Assembly (NCBI GenBank): GCA_003162595.1
Contig: PMNJ01000345.1
Span: 1 to 44,414, forward strand
Length of the DNA: 44,414 bases
Reading direction: 5' to 3'
Origin: Bacteroidales bacterium
GTDB lineage: Bacteria > Bacteroidota > Bacteroidia > Bacteroidales > VadinHA17
Part shown: positions 1-7,308 of the stretch, one piece after another
Layout: each line of letters starts with the position of its first letter
Numbering within the stretch: the first letter of the stretch is position 1
Translations under genes and position numbers: made by a program
The notes under the pieces: generated by a model
What the model was told of the DNA's origin: nothing
Databases searched by the model: none
The model's input: only the letters and a program-made list of their open reading frames with translations

Positions 1-476
1 ATTTTTGAGACCCATGGCTGGTCGATCCAGCCGCCTGCCAGGCATAACCTGTAAGGGAACCTCATATCTCTCTTTGTTGCTGAACTTGAACGGTCAGGTA
101 AGCCGGGTTCAGGTATCCTTTCCAGTATCATATACTGAATCCCGTTCATTTTGCAGAGAGCTTCTTTATCGGGAGTATGTCCATCACTGTTTACGACAAA
201 AATGTCAGGTTTTAATCTGATTAAATCAGGTTCAAAATCAAGCATTCCTCTTCCGGAAGCAAGAAAAGCATCATAAACATACCGGATTGATTTTACTGTA
301 AATAATCTTTCCTCTTCTGAAAAAACGGGTCTTTTACCTTTCAGCAAAAGAAGGTTTTCATCTCTTCCTATACTAACATAGAGATCACCAAAAGTTGCTG
401 CTGTTTTAAAAAAGGCAATATGCCCGCCATGAAGCAGGTCATAACATCCGCTTACCAGAACTTTTTTGCGTTTCAT
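1..476 (-). CDS. Cytidylyltransferase-like (HxGH) nucleotidyltransferase domain fused to the start of a GHMP-kinase-like domain. Partial: the 3' end runs off the window.
   Basis: It is absent from the ORF track because it has no stop in the window. Reverse-complement translation from the ATG at 476-474 gives MKRKKVLVSGCYDLLHGGHIAFFKTAATFGDLYVSIGRDENLL..., a TagD-like CYDLLHGGH motif. After about 130 aa it reads ...RFPYRLCLAGGWIDQPWVS, resembling the R-x-x-LAGGW-x-D N-terminal motif of fucokinase-type GHMP kinases. The ATG lies 13 nt downstream of the epimerase stop on the same strand. Confidence 0.65.
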   Translation of the reverse strand, partial: MKRKKVLVSGCYDLLHGGHIAFFKTAATFGDLYVSIGRDENLLLLKGKRPVFSEEERLFTVKSIRYVYDAFLASGRGMLDFEPDLIRLKPDIFVVNSDGHTPDKEALCKMNGIQYMILERIPEPGLPDRSSSATKRDMRFPYRLCLAGGWIDQPWVSK

Positions 477-489
477 CTGACGAGATCTC

Positions 490-1491
490 TTATTTATTGA
501 ACTTGTTGTACCCTTTTTTTCTTCTACTCTCATCTACAACCTGTTCACTTATCCAGTTATACGTTTTTTTCATACCTTTCCTGAGAGGAATAGAAGGTTC
601 CCAACCGAGATATTTTTTAATAAGGGTGTTTTCCGAATTACGTCCTCTCACACCTTTGGGAGCTTTCAGATCATATATTCTGTTAAGTTTATAACCTGCT
701 ATATCTTCAACTATATCAACAAGCTGGTTAATTGATACCATTTCGCTGCTTCCAAGATTGAGTGGTTCCTCAATATTGCTGTACATAATATCCTGTATGC
801 CCTTAATGCAATCATCTATGTACATAAAGCTCCTGGTTTGAAGGCCATCGCCCCAGATCACTATCTCCTTTTTCCCGGTAATACCGGCTTCAATTACTTT
901 ACGGCTGATAGCTGCAGGTGCTTTTTCACGGCCACCGTCAAAAGTCCCGCATGGACCATAAACATTATGGAACCTGGCAACTCTTGTAGTAAGACCAAAA
1001 TCTTCCCTGAAATGACGGCACATACGCTCGCTGAATAATTTTTCCCATCCATAACCATCCTCTGCCAATGCCGGGTAAGCATCAGATTCTATCAGGCCCG
1101 GATTATGCGGATCGGTCTGCTTTTCACCATTATAAACACAGGCAGACGAGGCATAGAAAAACCTGTCTATACCGCAATCCTTTGAAGCAAGAAGAAGGTG
1201 TGTATTTATCAGAACGCTGATCATACATGCAGCCTTGTTATTTTCAATAAATCCCATCCCTCCCATATCTGCAGCCAGGTTAAAAACTTCATTGTACCCA
1301 TTTACAGCTTTGTAACAGTTTTCTCTCAGACGAAGATCCAGAACGAGGTTATCTGCATCACCAGAAACTTGATACCATTCGTTAAGAGGTTTTAAATCTA
1401 CTGCCCGGACACTGTTACCCTTTTTAATCAGTTCTTTTACAAGGTGTCCACCAATAAAACCTCCTGCACCTGCTACAACAATCTTTTTCAT
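490..1491 (-). CDS. gme: GDP-mannose 3,5-epimerase homologue (extended SDR, NAD-dependent epimerase)
   Basis: 333-aa ORF with an N-terminal Rossmann motif, VVAGAGGFIGGHL. It carries a run of blocks I recall from plant GME: FNLAADMGGMGFI, RFFYASSACVY, RFHNVYGPCGTFDGGREKAPAA, WGDGLQTRSF, GVRGRNSENTLIKKYLGWEP. Confidence 0.75.
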   Translation of the reverse strand: MKKIVVAGAGGFIGGHLVKELIKKGNSVRAVDLKPLNEWYQVSGDADNLVLDLRLRENCYKAVNGYNEVFNLAADMGGMGFIENNKAACMISVLINTHLLLASKDCGIDRFFYASSACVYNGEKQTDPHNPGLIESDAYPALAEDGYGWEKLFSERMCRHFREDFGLTTRVARFHNVYGPCGTFDGGREKAPAAISRKVIEAGITGKKEIVIWGDGLQTRSFMYIDDCIKGIQDIMYSNIEEPLNLGSSEMVSINQLVDIVEDIAGYKLNRIYDLKAPKGVRGRNSENTLIKKYLGWEPSIPLRKGMKKTYNWISEQVVDESRRKKGYNKFNK

Positions 1492-1690
1492 AATTTTTAA
1501 ATTTTAATACTTACTTACACGGTAACTTTCGCGATTACTTTAAAATATAAAAGTAGTTGTTTTTTCCACTCCGGCAAATTCTTTTAAAACATTTTTGACT
1601 GAATTTGACTTTTCTGAGAAATTCGATGTTTTCCTTCTATTTAAGTTTTACCCGAATTCAAAAAATCTTCCAATATTTTTCTTCTTTTCT
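1491..1690. repeat. Intergenic repeat family, copy A (longest, composite copy)
   Basis: 1491-1550 matches 32101-32160 at 57/60 ungapped positions. The core AACTTTCGCGATTACTTTAA (1524-1543) matches 15834-15853 at 18/20. 1639-1680 matches 7238-7280 with 39 identities in a 44-column alignment containing two 1-nt indels. CAAATTCTTTTAA (1575-1587) recurs at 32184-32196. Confidence 0.8.
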
Positions 1691-1867
1691 AAGTTTATGT
1701 GACTTCTATTTAACATCATTAGCGTCCATTAAAAACTAATGATAAATTATATTATATTTAGTTTGGGCTCCCCTTTTGGTAACATTACAATAGACAATTG
1801 AAATTGAAACAATCTCACACATATAAATTAACTACTTTTGAAAAGGAATTATCAAATCCATTAACTT

Positions 1868-3643
1868 ATGTTAGAAGAAAATCTTATGATACCATCTATG
1901 GATATTAAAAATGGGGACAATTTTTTGAATTCACAAACAGATTCCGAAGGTCAAAGGGACCATCGAATGGGTGGAACAAGTCGACTGACACTCTCAGAAT
2001 TCGCTAAGCTTAAAGAGCATCCTGACCTTTCCGTTCTTATTGTGGGCGGTGGCATTAATGGAATCGGCCTCCTGCGAGAGCTAGCATTACAGGGAATAGA
2101 CACTTTACTGGTTGACAAGTCCGATTTCTGCTCTGAAACCAGTGCAGCCATGACCCGTGTGATTCATGGGGGTCTCCGGTATCTTGAAAACGCTGAATTG
2201 CGTCTTGTACGTGAGTCCCTGCGTGAGCGTAACCTGCTATTGCAGAACGCTCCACACTACGTCAAGCCATTGGCAACGACTATTCCAATTTTCAGTTTGA
2301 CTTCTGGCATTATTCCTACTATCCGTAATCTTCTGGGATGGAACGCACGGCCGGGCAACAGGGGAGCATTGCTAATAAAAGCCGGCCTTACGCTGTACGA
2401 TTTGCTTGCAGGAAAGAAGTCTCCTCTTCCCAGGCACAGGTTCCGCTTTCGTCGCACAATTTTTGCACTACGGCCGGCTCTAAACCCCGGAGTGATCTGT
2501 ACCGCAACTTACTACGACGCAAGAATCACTTATCCTGAGAGGTTGTGCCTCGAATTGATCCAAGACGCAGAAGCGTCATTTCCCGAGGCACGAGCACTGA
2601 ATTATGTTAGCCTCCAGAGCGCCATAGGGAAAACTGTGGTACTGCGCAATGAGCTATCCGGCGAAACAACTGAAGTTAGGCCCAGAATTGTCATTAACGC
2701 AACGGGCGCATGGATCGATTTCACCAACCATAGCCTGGGGCAGAAGTCCTGCTTTATAGGCGGAACTAAAGGTTCCCACATTGTACTCAACCACCCTGGA
2801 CTTGTGGAAGCAACAGGCGACGAAATGATCTACTTCGTAAACCTGGACGGACGTATCTGCATCTTCTACGCAGTCGGCAGTAAAATTATCGCCGGCGCAA
2901 CCGATATCCCTACTGAAGACCCTGATGCAGTCTGTGACGAGGCTGAGGTAGATTACATTCTTGAGGCTCTGCAGCAGGTATTCCCTTCAATCCAAGTTGA
3001 TAGGTCACATGTAGTTTATCGGTTCTGTGGCGTTCGGCCATTGCCTCAAAGTAATACCTTAACACCAGGCCAGGTCAGCCGTGACCATAGCTTTCCGGTA
3101 CTGATCCCAGGAAACGGAATTGATTTTCCAATCTACTCCCTTGTCGGCGGAAAATGGACAACCTTCCGTGCACTGGCTGAGCAAGTAGCAGACGAGATTT
3201 TACGAGTTCTTGGACACCCTCGAATCTGCGATTCCGCGAATATTCCCATCGGTGGAGGCAAAAATTACCCCCCTAAGATGAATGAGCGGGAGGGAATACC
3301 CCGCCATCGGTTTGTAGAGCTCATAGAACGCTATGGCTCAAGGGCAGAAAAAGTCGCTACCTATCTACAGGCGGGTCCTGATGCTCTGTTGACCTATCAT
3401 AGCGGTTATTCCCGGCGGGAGATTGAATTCATAGCACGATACGAGAGAGTAGCTCACCTTGACGACCTGATCCTGAGACGAACATTAATGGGTATACTGG
3501 GTGAAGTGAGCCTGGCTTTGCTGGAAGAACTGGCAGCAATTATTTCACCGGTGCTTGAATGGTCTCCGCAGGAATCGAAAGCCGAGGTTGTACGAACCGT
3601 GGAGCTTCTTCAGAGAGTTCACGGTGTGATGCTGGCCAGGTGA
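1868..3643 (+). CDS. FAD-dependent glycerol-3-phosphate dehydrogenase family protein (GlpD/EryB-like polyol-phosphate dehydrogenase)
   Basis: Collinear with remembered E. coli GlpD blocks: LIVGGGINGIGLL, TSAAMTRVIHGGLRYLENAELRLVRESLRERNLL, INATGAWIDF, GSHIVL, CGVRPL, GGKWTTFRALAE. The start is uncertain. The first ~25 codons are AT-rich, and the ATG at 1967 (MGGTSRL...) is an alternative. This is the only supported plus-strand gene. Confidence 0.85.
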   Translation: MLEENLMIPSMDIKNGDNFLNSQTDSEGQRDHRMGGTSRLTLSEFAKLKEHPDLSVLIVGGGINGIGLLRELALQGIDTLLVDKSDFCSETSAAMTRVIHGGLRYLENAELRLVRESLRERNLLLQNAPHYVKPLATTIPIFSLTSGIIPTIRNLLGWNARPGNRGALLIKAGLTLYDLLAGKKSPLPRHRFRFRRTIFALRPALNPGVICTATYYDARITYPERLCLELIQDAEASFPEARALNYVSLQSAIGKTVVLRNELSGETTEVRPRIVINATGAWIDFTNHSLGQKSCFIGGTKGSHIVLNHPGLVEATGDEMIYFVNLDGRICIFYAVGSKIIAGATDIPTEDPDAVCDEAEVDYILEALQQVFPSIQVDRSHVVYRFCGVRPLPQSNTLTPGQVSRDHSFPVLIPGNGIDFPIYSLVGGKWTTFRALAEQVADEILRVLGHPRICDSANIPIGGGKNYPPKMNEREGIPRHRFVELIERYGSRAEKVATYLQAGPDALLTYHSGYSRREIEFIARYERVAHLDDLILRRTLMGILGEVSLALLEELAAIISPVLEWSPQESKAEVVRTVELLQRVHGVMLAR

Positions 3644-5145
3644 TCGAAGTCACCCTTCAAGTGTTCGTAAATGTCCAGGAACACCTGATAGCTCAGCATA
3701 TACCTTTTATGATTCTCCTCGTTTGGTTCGAAGCGTCTGTCAAGATGCACCATTTCCGTGAGTGATTTACGGATATCCGGAAAGATTCCGGTGCCCATTC
3801 CCGCAAGGACAGCAGCTCCGAATGGTGAACCTACCGAGGTGCGAGGCAGCAATAAAGGAAGTCCCAACACATCCGCCTTAATCTGATTCCAAAGATCGCT
3901 GCGGCTGCAGCCGCCAACGCTCCTCACTTCCCTGACTTCTGCACCTGCTTTCATTGCCACCTCTATATTGTGGCGGAGCGCAAATGCCGTGCCTTCTAAA
4001 ATAGAACGCACAAGCGCAGCTTTGGAGGTGGCAAGCGACAAACCGAAAAACACCCCGCGGGCATTTGTATGCCATAGGGGTGATCGTTCCCCCATCATAT
4101 AAGGAAGAAAAATAACACCGTCGCTGCCAGGCTTAATACCTGCTGCTTGTCCAGTAAGCAGATCAAATGCATCAGTCTTATTCTCAGATGCTGTATGTAC
4201 TTCAATTTGTCCCAACTGATCCCGGAACCAGCGCAGGCATCCTCCCGATGCGACCATTGCTCCCAACAGCAAATGGATTCCAGACAAGGCGTGCGGCATG
4301 GCGATCAGTGCCGGCTCTGTCAGGCCTTTATCATTAGGCATGATGATCACCGTTGAAGTACCTGTCATTTCGACTGCGATACCTGGTTCAACCACTCCTG
4401 CCTCCAGAGCAGCCGAGGCACTGTCTACTGTCCCTGCCATAACAGGAGTACCGGTTTTTAACCCGGTTGCCTCCGACGCCTCCGCAGTTACCCTACCCTG
4501 AATCAAATGTGCCGCCATAACCTCAGGGAATTGCGAAGTCTTTATTCCGCAGATATTGCAAAGAGCTTCAGACCATTCATCCTTCTGATAATCGCGCAAT
4601 TGCATAAGCGCAGCATTAGAGGGATCCAGGGTAAGCCGTCCTGTAAGCCGGTAATTAATATAGCTGTTTACTTGGACAAACTGCCAGGTTTTCTTTAAAA
4701 CTTCAGGTTCATTATTCTGAAGCCATAGAAGCCGGGCCGCAAGATAAAAAGCATCCGGACGGTTACCTGTTATCCTGTAGATTTGATCTGCTCCCAGCAT
4801 CTCCGTCAGCCGGATAGTCTCAGCTTCCGCACGACGGTCCATCCAGATCATCGCGGGACGCAAAGGTTTTCCGGAATGATCCAGTGCCAGAAGAGCAGGT
4901 GCCTGGCAACTTACTGCAAGTCCAATAACACTTTCTGCACTGTCTGGAACCTTTGAAAGCGCCTCTTTTACGGCCTTGCAGGTTCCATGCCACCAATCCT
5001 CAGGATCCTGCTCAACCCAGGCAGGTCGGATGTGGTGCAGTGGATATTCCGCCTGCCCATCTGCAAGAAGGTTTCCTCTTTTGTCAATAAGAACAGCTTT
5101 GACGGAACTGGTTCCTACATCGATACCAAGCAATAGTGATCCCAT
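3619..5145 (-). CDS. FGGY-family carbohydrate kinase (xylulokinase-like)
   Basis: The N-terminus reads MGSLLLGIDVGTSSVKAVLIDKRGNLL...PAWVEQDPEDWW, typical of XylB-like FGGY kinases. I trimmed the start from the track ORF (5292) to the ATG at 5145. The extension overlaps the transporter gene and precedes the conserved GIDxGT phosphate-1 motif. Confidence 0.85.
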   Translation of the reverse strand: MGSLLLGIDVGTSSVKAVLIDKRGNLLADGQAEYPLHHIRPAWVEQDPEDWWHGTCKAVKEALSKVPDSAESVIGLAVSCQAPALLALDHSGKPLRPAMIWMDRRAEAETIRLTEMLGADQIYRITGNRPDAFYLAARLLWLQNNEPEVLKKTWQFVQVNSYINYRLTGRLTLDPSNAALMQLRDYQKDEWSEALCNICGIKTSQFPEVMAAHLIQGRVTAEASEATGLKTGTPVMAGTVDSASAALEAGVVEPGIAVEMTGTSTVIIMPNDKGLTEPALIAMPHALSGIHLLLGAMVASGGCLRWFRDQLGQIEVHTASENKTDAFDLLTGQAAGIKPGSDGVIFLPYMMGERSPLWHTNARGVFFGLSLATSKAALVRSILEGTAFALRHNIEVAMKAGAEVREVRSVGGCSRSDLWNQIKADVLGLPLLLPRTSVGSPFGAAVLAGMGTGIFPDIRKSLTEMVHLDRRFEPNEENHKRYMLSYQVFLDIYEHLKGDFDHLASITP

Positions 5146-5159
5146 ACAACAATTAATGG

Positions 5160-6200
5160 TTATTGGATAGCGTAGAGAGGGGCGATTGAAACCAGTATCA
5201 GACCCGCCAGATAAAACAGGAACATGAGAACAAGCAATCGGGTTACACGTGGTCCGCCTCCTGCGAACTCCTTCCAGGCAAGAACGCCCCAAAGGGCTCC
5301 AACCATGGTTGAGCCTTGCCCGATAGCGTAGCTGATCGCCGGTCCAATCTGTAAAGCCTTAGGTGCGCTGGCAGCGACGAAGTTTGACAAAGAACCGGTA
5401 ATCCAGATCAGGCCACCTAAAATCCCAAGAAAGTGAACCCAAGCATTGCCTTTCAGATAATCTTTGAAAGTCAACCGTGAGCCCTCAATCGGGTATCGCA
5501 TAAAATAAAGATTAAGAAAGAAAACAGAAACCAATACACCCAGACTAAAAATGAATCCAACAGCATAAGGACCCAATCCGCTTTCTCCCTTCTTACCGAT
5601 TTCGACAAGCGGGTAGAAAGTACCCATCAATAAACCTCCAATTATAGCAAGCTTAATCCCCTTCCAGGTGGAGGCTTTCCTGGCGATGACATCTGCCTTA
5701 TCGCCAGTATCACTTTTACTGGCTGCAAGTGCCCGGTAAGCGATGGCATCCACGATGATAGCAGCCACAACCAGTGCAACACCGGCAAACAGTAAATAAG
5801 GATTTCCCTGCGGGTTAACAATGTAATTCCAGATAACCCCAACTACCAGGGCAAGTCCAACACCTATGGGAAACCCCACACCCATCCCAGCTACAGCAAT
5901 GGCGCCCACTACAAGGATGTTCGAGAGATTAAAAATGACACCACCTGCGAAACCGCAAATTATATTAATAGTTCCCGCGTGTGAAAGATCATTAACAAAG
6001 GTGAGTCCGCCGGCTCCCCATGTACCGAATGTCAATCCGGCAAGAAGTGCACCCAGCGCCACTCCGATTGAGTAGTCATAGTAGAGGAGTTCAAAACGCC
6101 AGCCTTTAGCAAACTTTAGCACATTAGTCCATGATCCCCAGCAGATCATGGTCAGAATAGTGAGCATCAAAACCATCAGATAAGTGTGTGGAAGAGTCAT
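5160..6200 (-). CDS. Polytopic sugar transporter of the DMT superfamily (GRP / RhaT-like, about 10 TM)
   Basis: 346 aa, almost entirely hydrophobic segments. It has an N-terminal CWGSW motif and a central charged loop (ASKSDTGDKADVIARKAS) splitting two 5-TM halves, as in GRP-type glucose/ribose porters. Substrate unknown. Confidence 0.65.
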   Translation of the reverse strand: MTLPHTYLMVLMLTILTMICWGSWTNVLKFAKGWRFELLYYDYSIGVALGALLAGLTFGTWGAGGLTFVNDLSHAGTINIICGFAGGVIFNLSNILVVGAIAVAGMGVGFPIGVGLALVVGVIWNYIVNPQGNPYLLFAGVALVVAAIIVDAIAYRALAASKSDTGDKADVIARKASTWKGIKLAIIGGLLMGTFYPLVEIGKKGESGLGPYAVGFIFSLGVLVSVFFLNLYFMRYPIEGSRLTFKDYLKGNAWVHFLGILGGLIWITGSLSNFVAASAPKALQIGPAISYAIGQGSTMVGALWGVLAWKEFAGGGPRVTRLLVLMFLFYLAGLILVSIAPLYAIQ

Positions 6201-6352
6201 AATATGTACTTTTTATGGTTAAATATATTTGATATAGAAAACTGTTTCAATTACTAACTTTGTTTATTATGATATTCTTCAAATATTTAATATAATACTT
6301 TTAATGAATATTTATAAGAGTTCCTAATGAACAAAGAGTAAATGTGAAATTA

Positions 6353-6667
6353 CTAATTTTCAAGTTTCGAATTTTTAATATCTTCAAGATATTGTTTAAT
6401 TTTTTGATTTTCCTCTTTCCTGATGATGAGAAGGGCATCGAAGGTATCCACAACAATATACTCGTTCAACCCTTGCAACAGAGCAATTTTTGGGTGGTAT
6501 GCTTATTAAATTCCCTTTACTGGCTTAAGTAAAGACTTTACCACATACTATTCATTTTCATTATCATCGATGGTTGTTTGCACGTACAGCGAACCCCATG
6601 CACCAAGATCGGACCATCCCATTTCTGCAGTTGTTCCAATAAAAATCACCACTTTTAAAAAGTGCAT
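6353..6667 (-). pseudogene. Decayed 3' fragment of a mannose-1-phosphate guanylyltransferase gene (manC-like)
   Basis: A single minus-strand frame reads MHFLKVVIFIGTTAEMGWSDLGAWGSLYVQTTIDDNENE*YVVKSLLKPVKGI**AYHPKIALLQGLNEYIVVDTFDALLIIRKEENQKIKQYLEDIKNSKLEN*. The GWSDLGxWxSLY and IVVDTxDALLI blocks are hallmarks of the C-terminal third of ManC-type enzymes. There are three in-frame stops, and the N-terminal two thirds are missing. Confidence 0.6.
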
Positions 6668-6681
6668 TTGCCAGATTCCTA

Positions 6682-7089
6682 TCAGGCTTCCCGGTAATTT
6701 TTTTTAATTTGTCCGCTTATGGCCATGAATTCTTTTTTCTGGTCCATTTCATAAATACGTTCCATTAATATCCACTTACTTCCGGCAGAAGAATCAATGC
6801 TGGTATTCTGAAACCTAGAGACGAAACTTTCCCATTCTTTTTGTCTTGGTTTGGACGCAAGTTCCAGCATATTTTTATTATGGTCAAAATCTGCCACGGT
6901 ATCCATAATCATAAATAATATGTTCCCATGAATATATATCTCCATATCAATAATACCGACTTCTTTCATTCCCTGAGTAATTTCGGGCCACGCCTTATTT
7001 ATTGCATGAACTTCTTTATACTGGCTGAGAAGCTCAGGATCATCTTTCAGAGTAAGGATTTTGCAATATCGTTTAAATAAATATTCCAT
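6682..7089 (-). CDS. L-rhamnose mutarotase family protein (RhaM/DUF718-like deoxy-sugar mutarotase)
   Basis: 135 aa. The pattern YKEVHAINKAWPEITQGMKEVGIIDMEIYIHGNILFMIMDT...KEWESFVSRFQ parallels E. coli RhaM ([28 protein letters not shown]...LLFAMVE...RWWKYM). Specificity (rhamnose versus fucose) cannot be decided. Confidence 0.7.
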   Translation of the reverse strand: MEYLFKRYCKILTLKDDPELLSQYKEVHAINKAWPEITQGMKEVGIIDMEIYIHGNILFMIMDTVADFDHNKNMLELASKPRQKEWESFVSRFQNTSIDSSAGSKWILMERIYEMDQKKEFMAISGQIKKNYREA

Positions 7090-7237
7090 AATTTTCTGAA
7101 TTTTATAGTATTTGATTTTAGTTGAATAAACTTTAACTGTTATTTAAGCTTGGGATTGCGTGTAAGTTCATATATTTCCTTGCGACCTCTCATCCTCTCA
7201 ATACTTCACTTTTATCTTCACAGCTCCCGGCACCTTC

Positions 7238-7280
7238 ATTTAAGTTTTACCTGGATTCAAAAAATCTCCAAATATTTTTT
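7238..7280. repeat. Intergenic repeat family, copy B (distal motif)
   Basis: ATTTAAGTTTTACCTGGATTCAAAAAATCTCCAAATATTTTTT versus 1639-1680: 39 identities in 44 columns. It lies between the GH29 stop (7309) and the mutarotase start (7089). Confidence 0.7.
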
Positions 7281-7308
7281 TGGCTTTTTCTGTTTAAACA
7301 GCATTTTA

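Noticed and set aside
5-220. 71-aa plus-strand ORF at the left edge
   Set aside because: It is antisense to the cytidylyltransferase/GHMP-kinase gene, whose translation carries clear motifs across this stretch.
1491-1690. Calling the intergenic repeat family a MITE or other mobile element
   Set aside because: I found no terminal inverted repeats, target-site duplications or associated transposase. All copies share one orientation tied to gene junctions, which fits a regulatory or RNA element better. It is reported as a repeat of unknown function.
5146-5292. N-terminal extension of the kinase ORF given in the track (start at 5292)
   Set aside because: The extension overlaps the 3' end of the transporter gene and is Arg/Cys-rich junk preceding the conserved GIDVGTSS motif. 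The ATG at 5145 gives a canonical FGGY N-terminus.
6344-6532. 62-aa plus-strand ORF
   Set aside because: It is antisense to the manC remnant. It is an AT-rich, F/I/L-rich translation with no start context and no motif.
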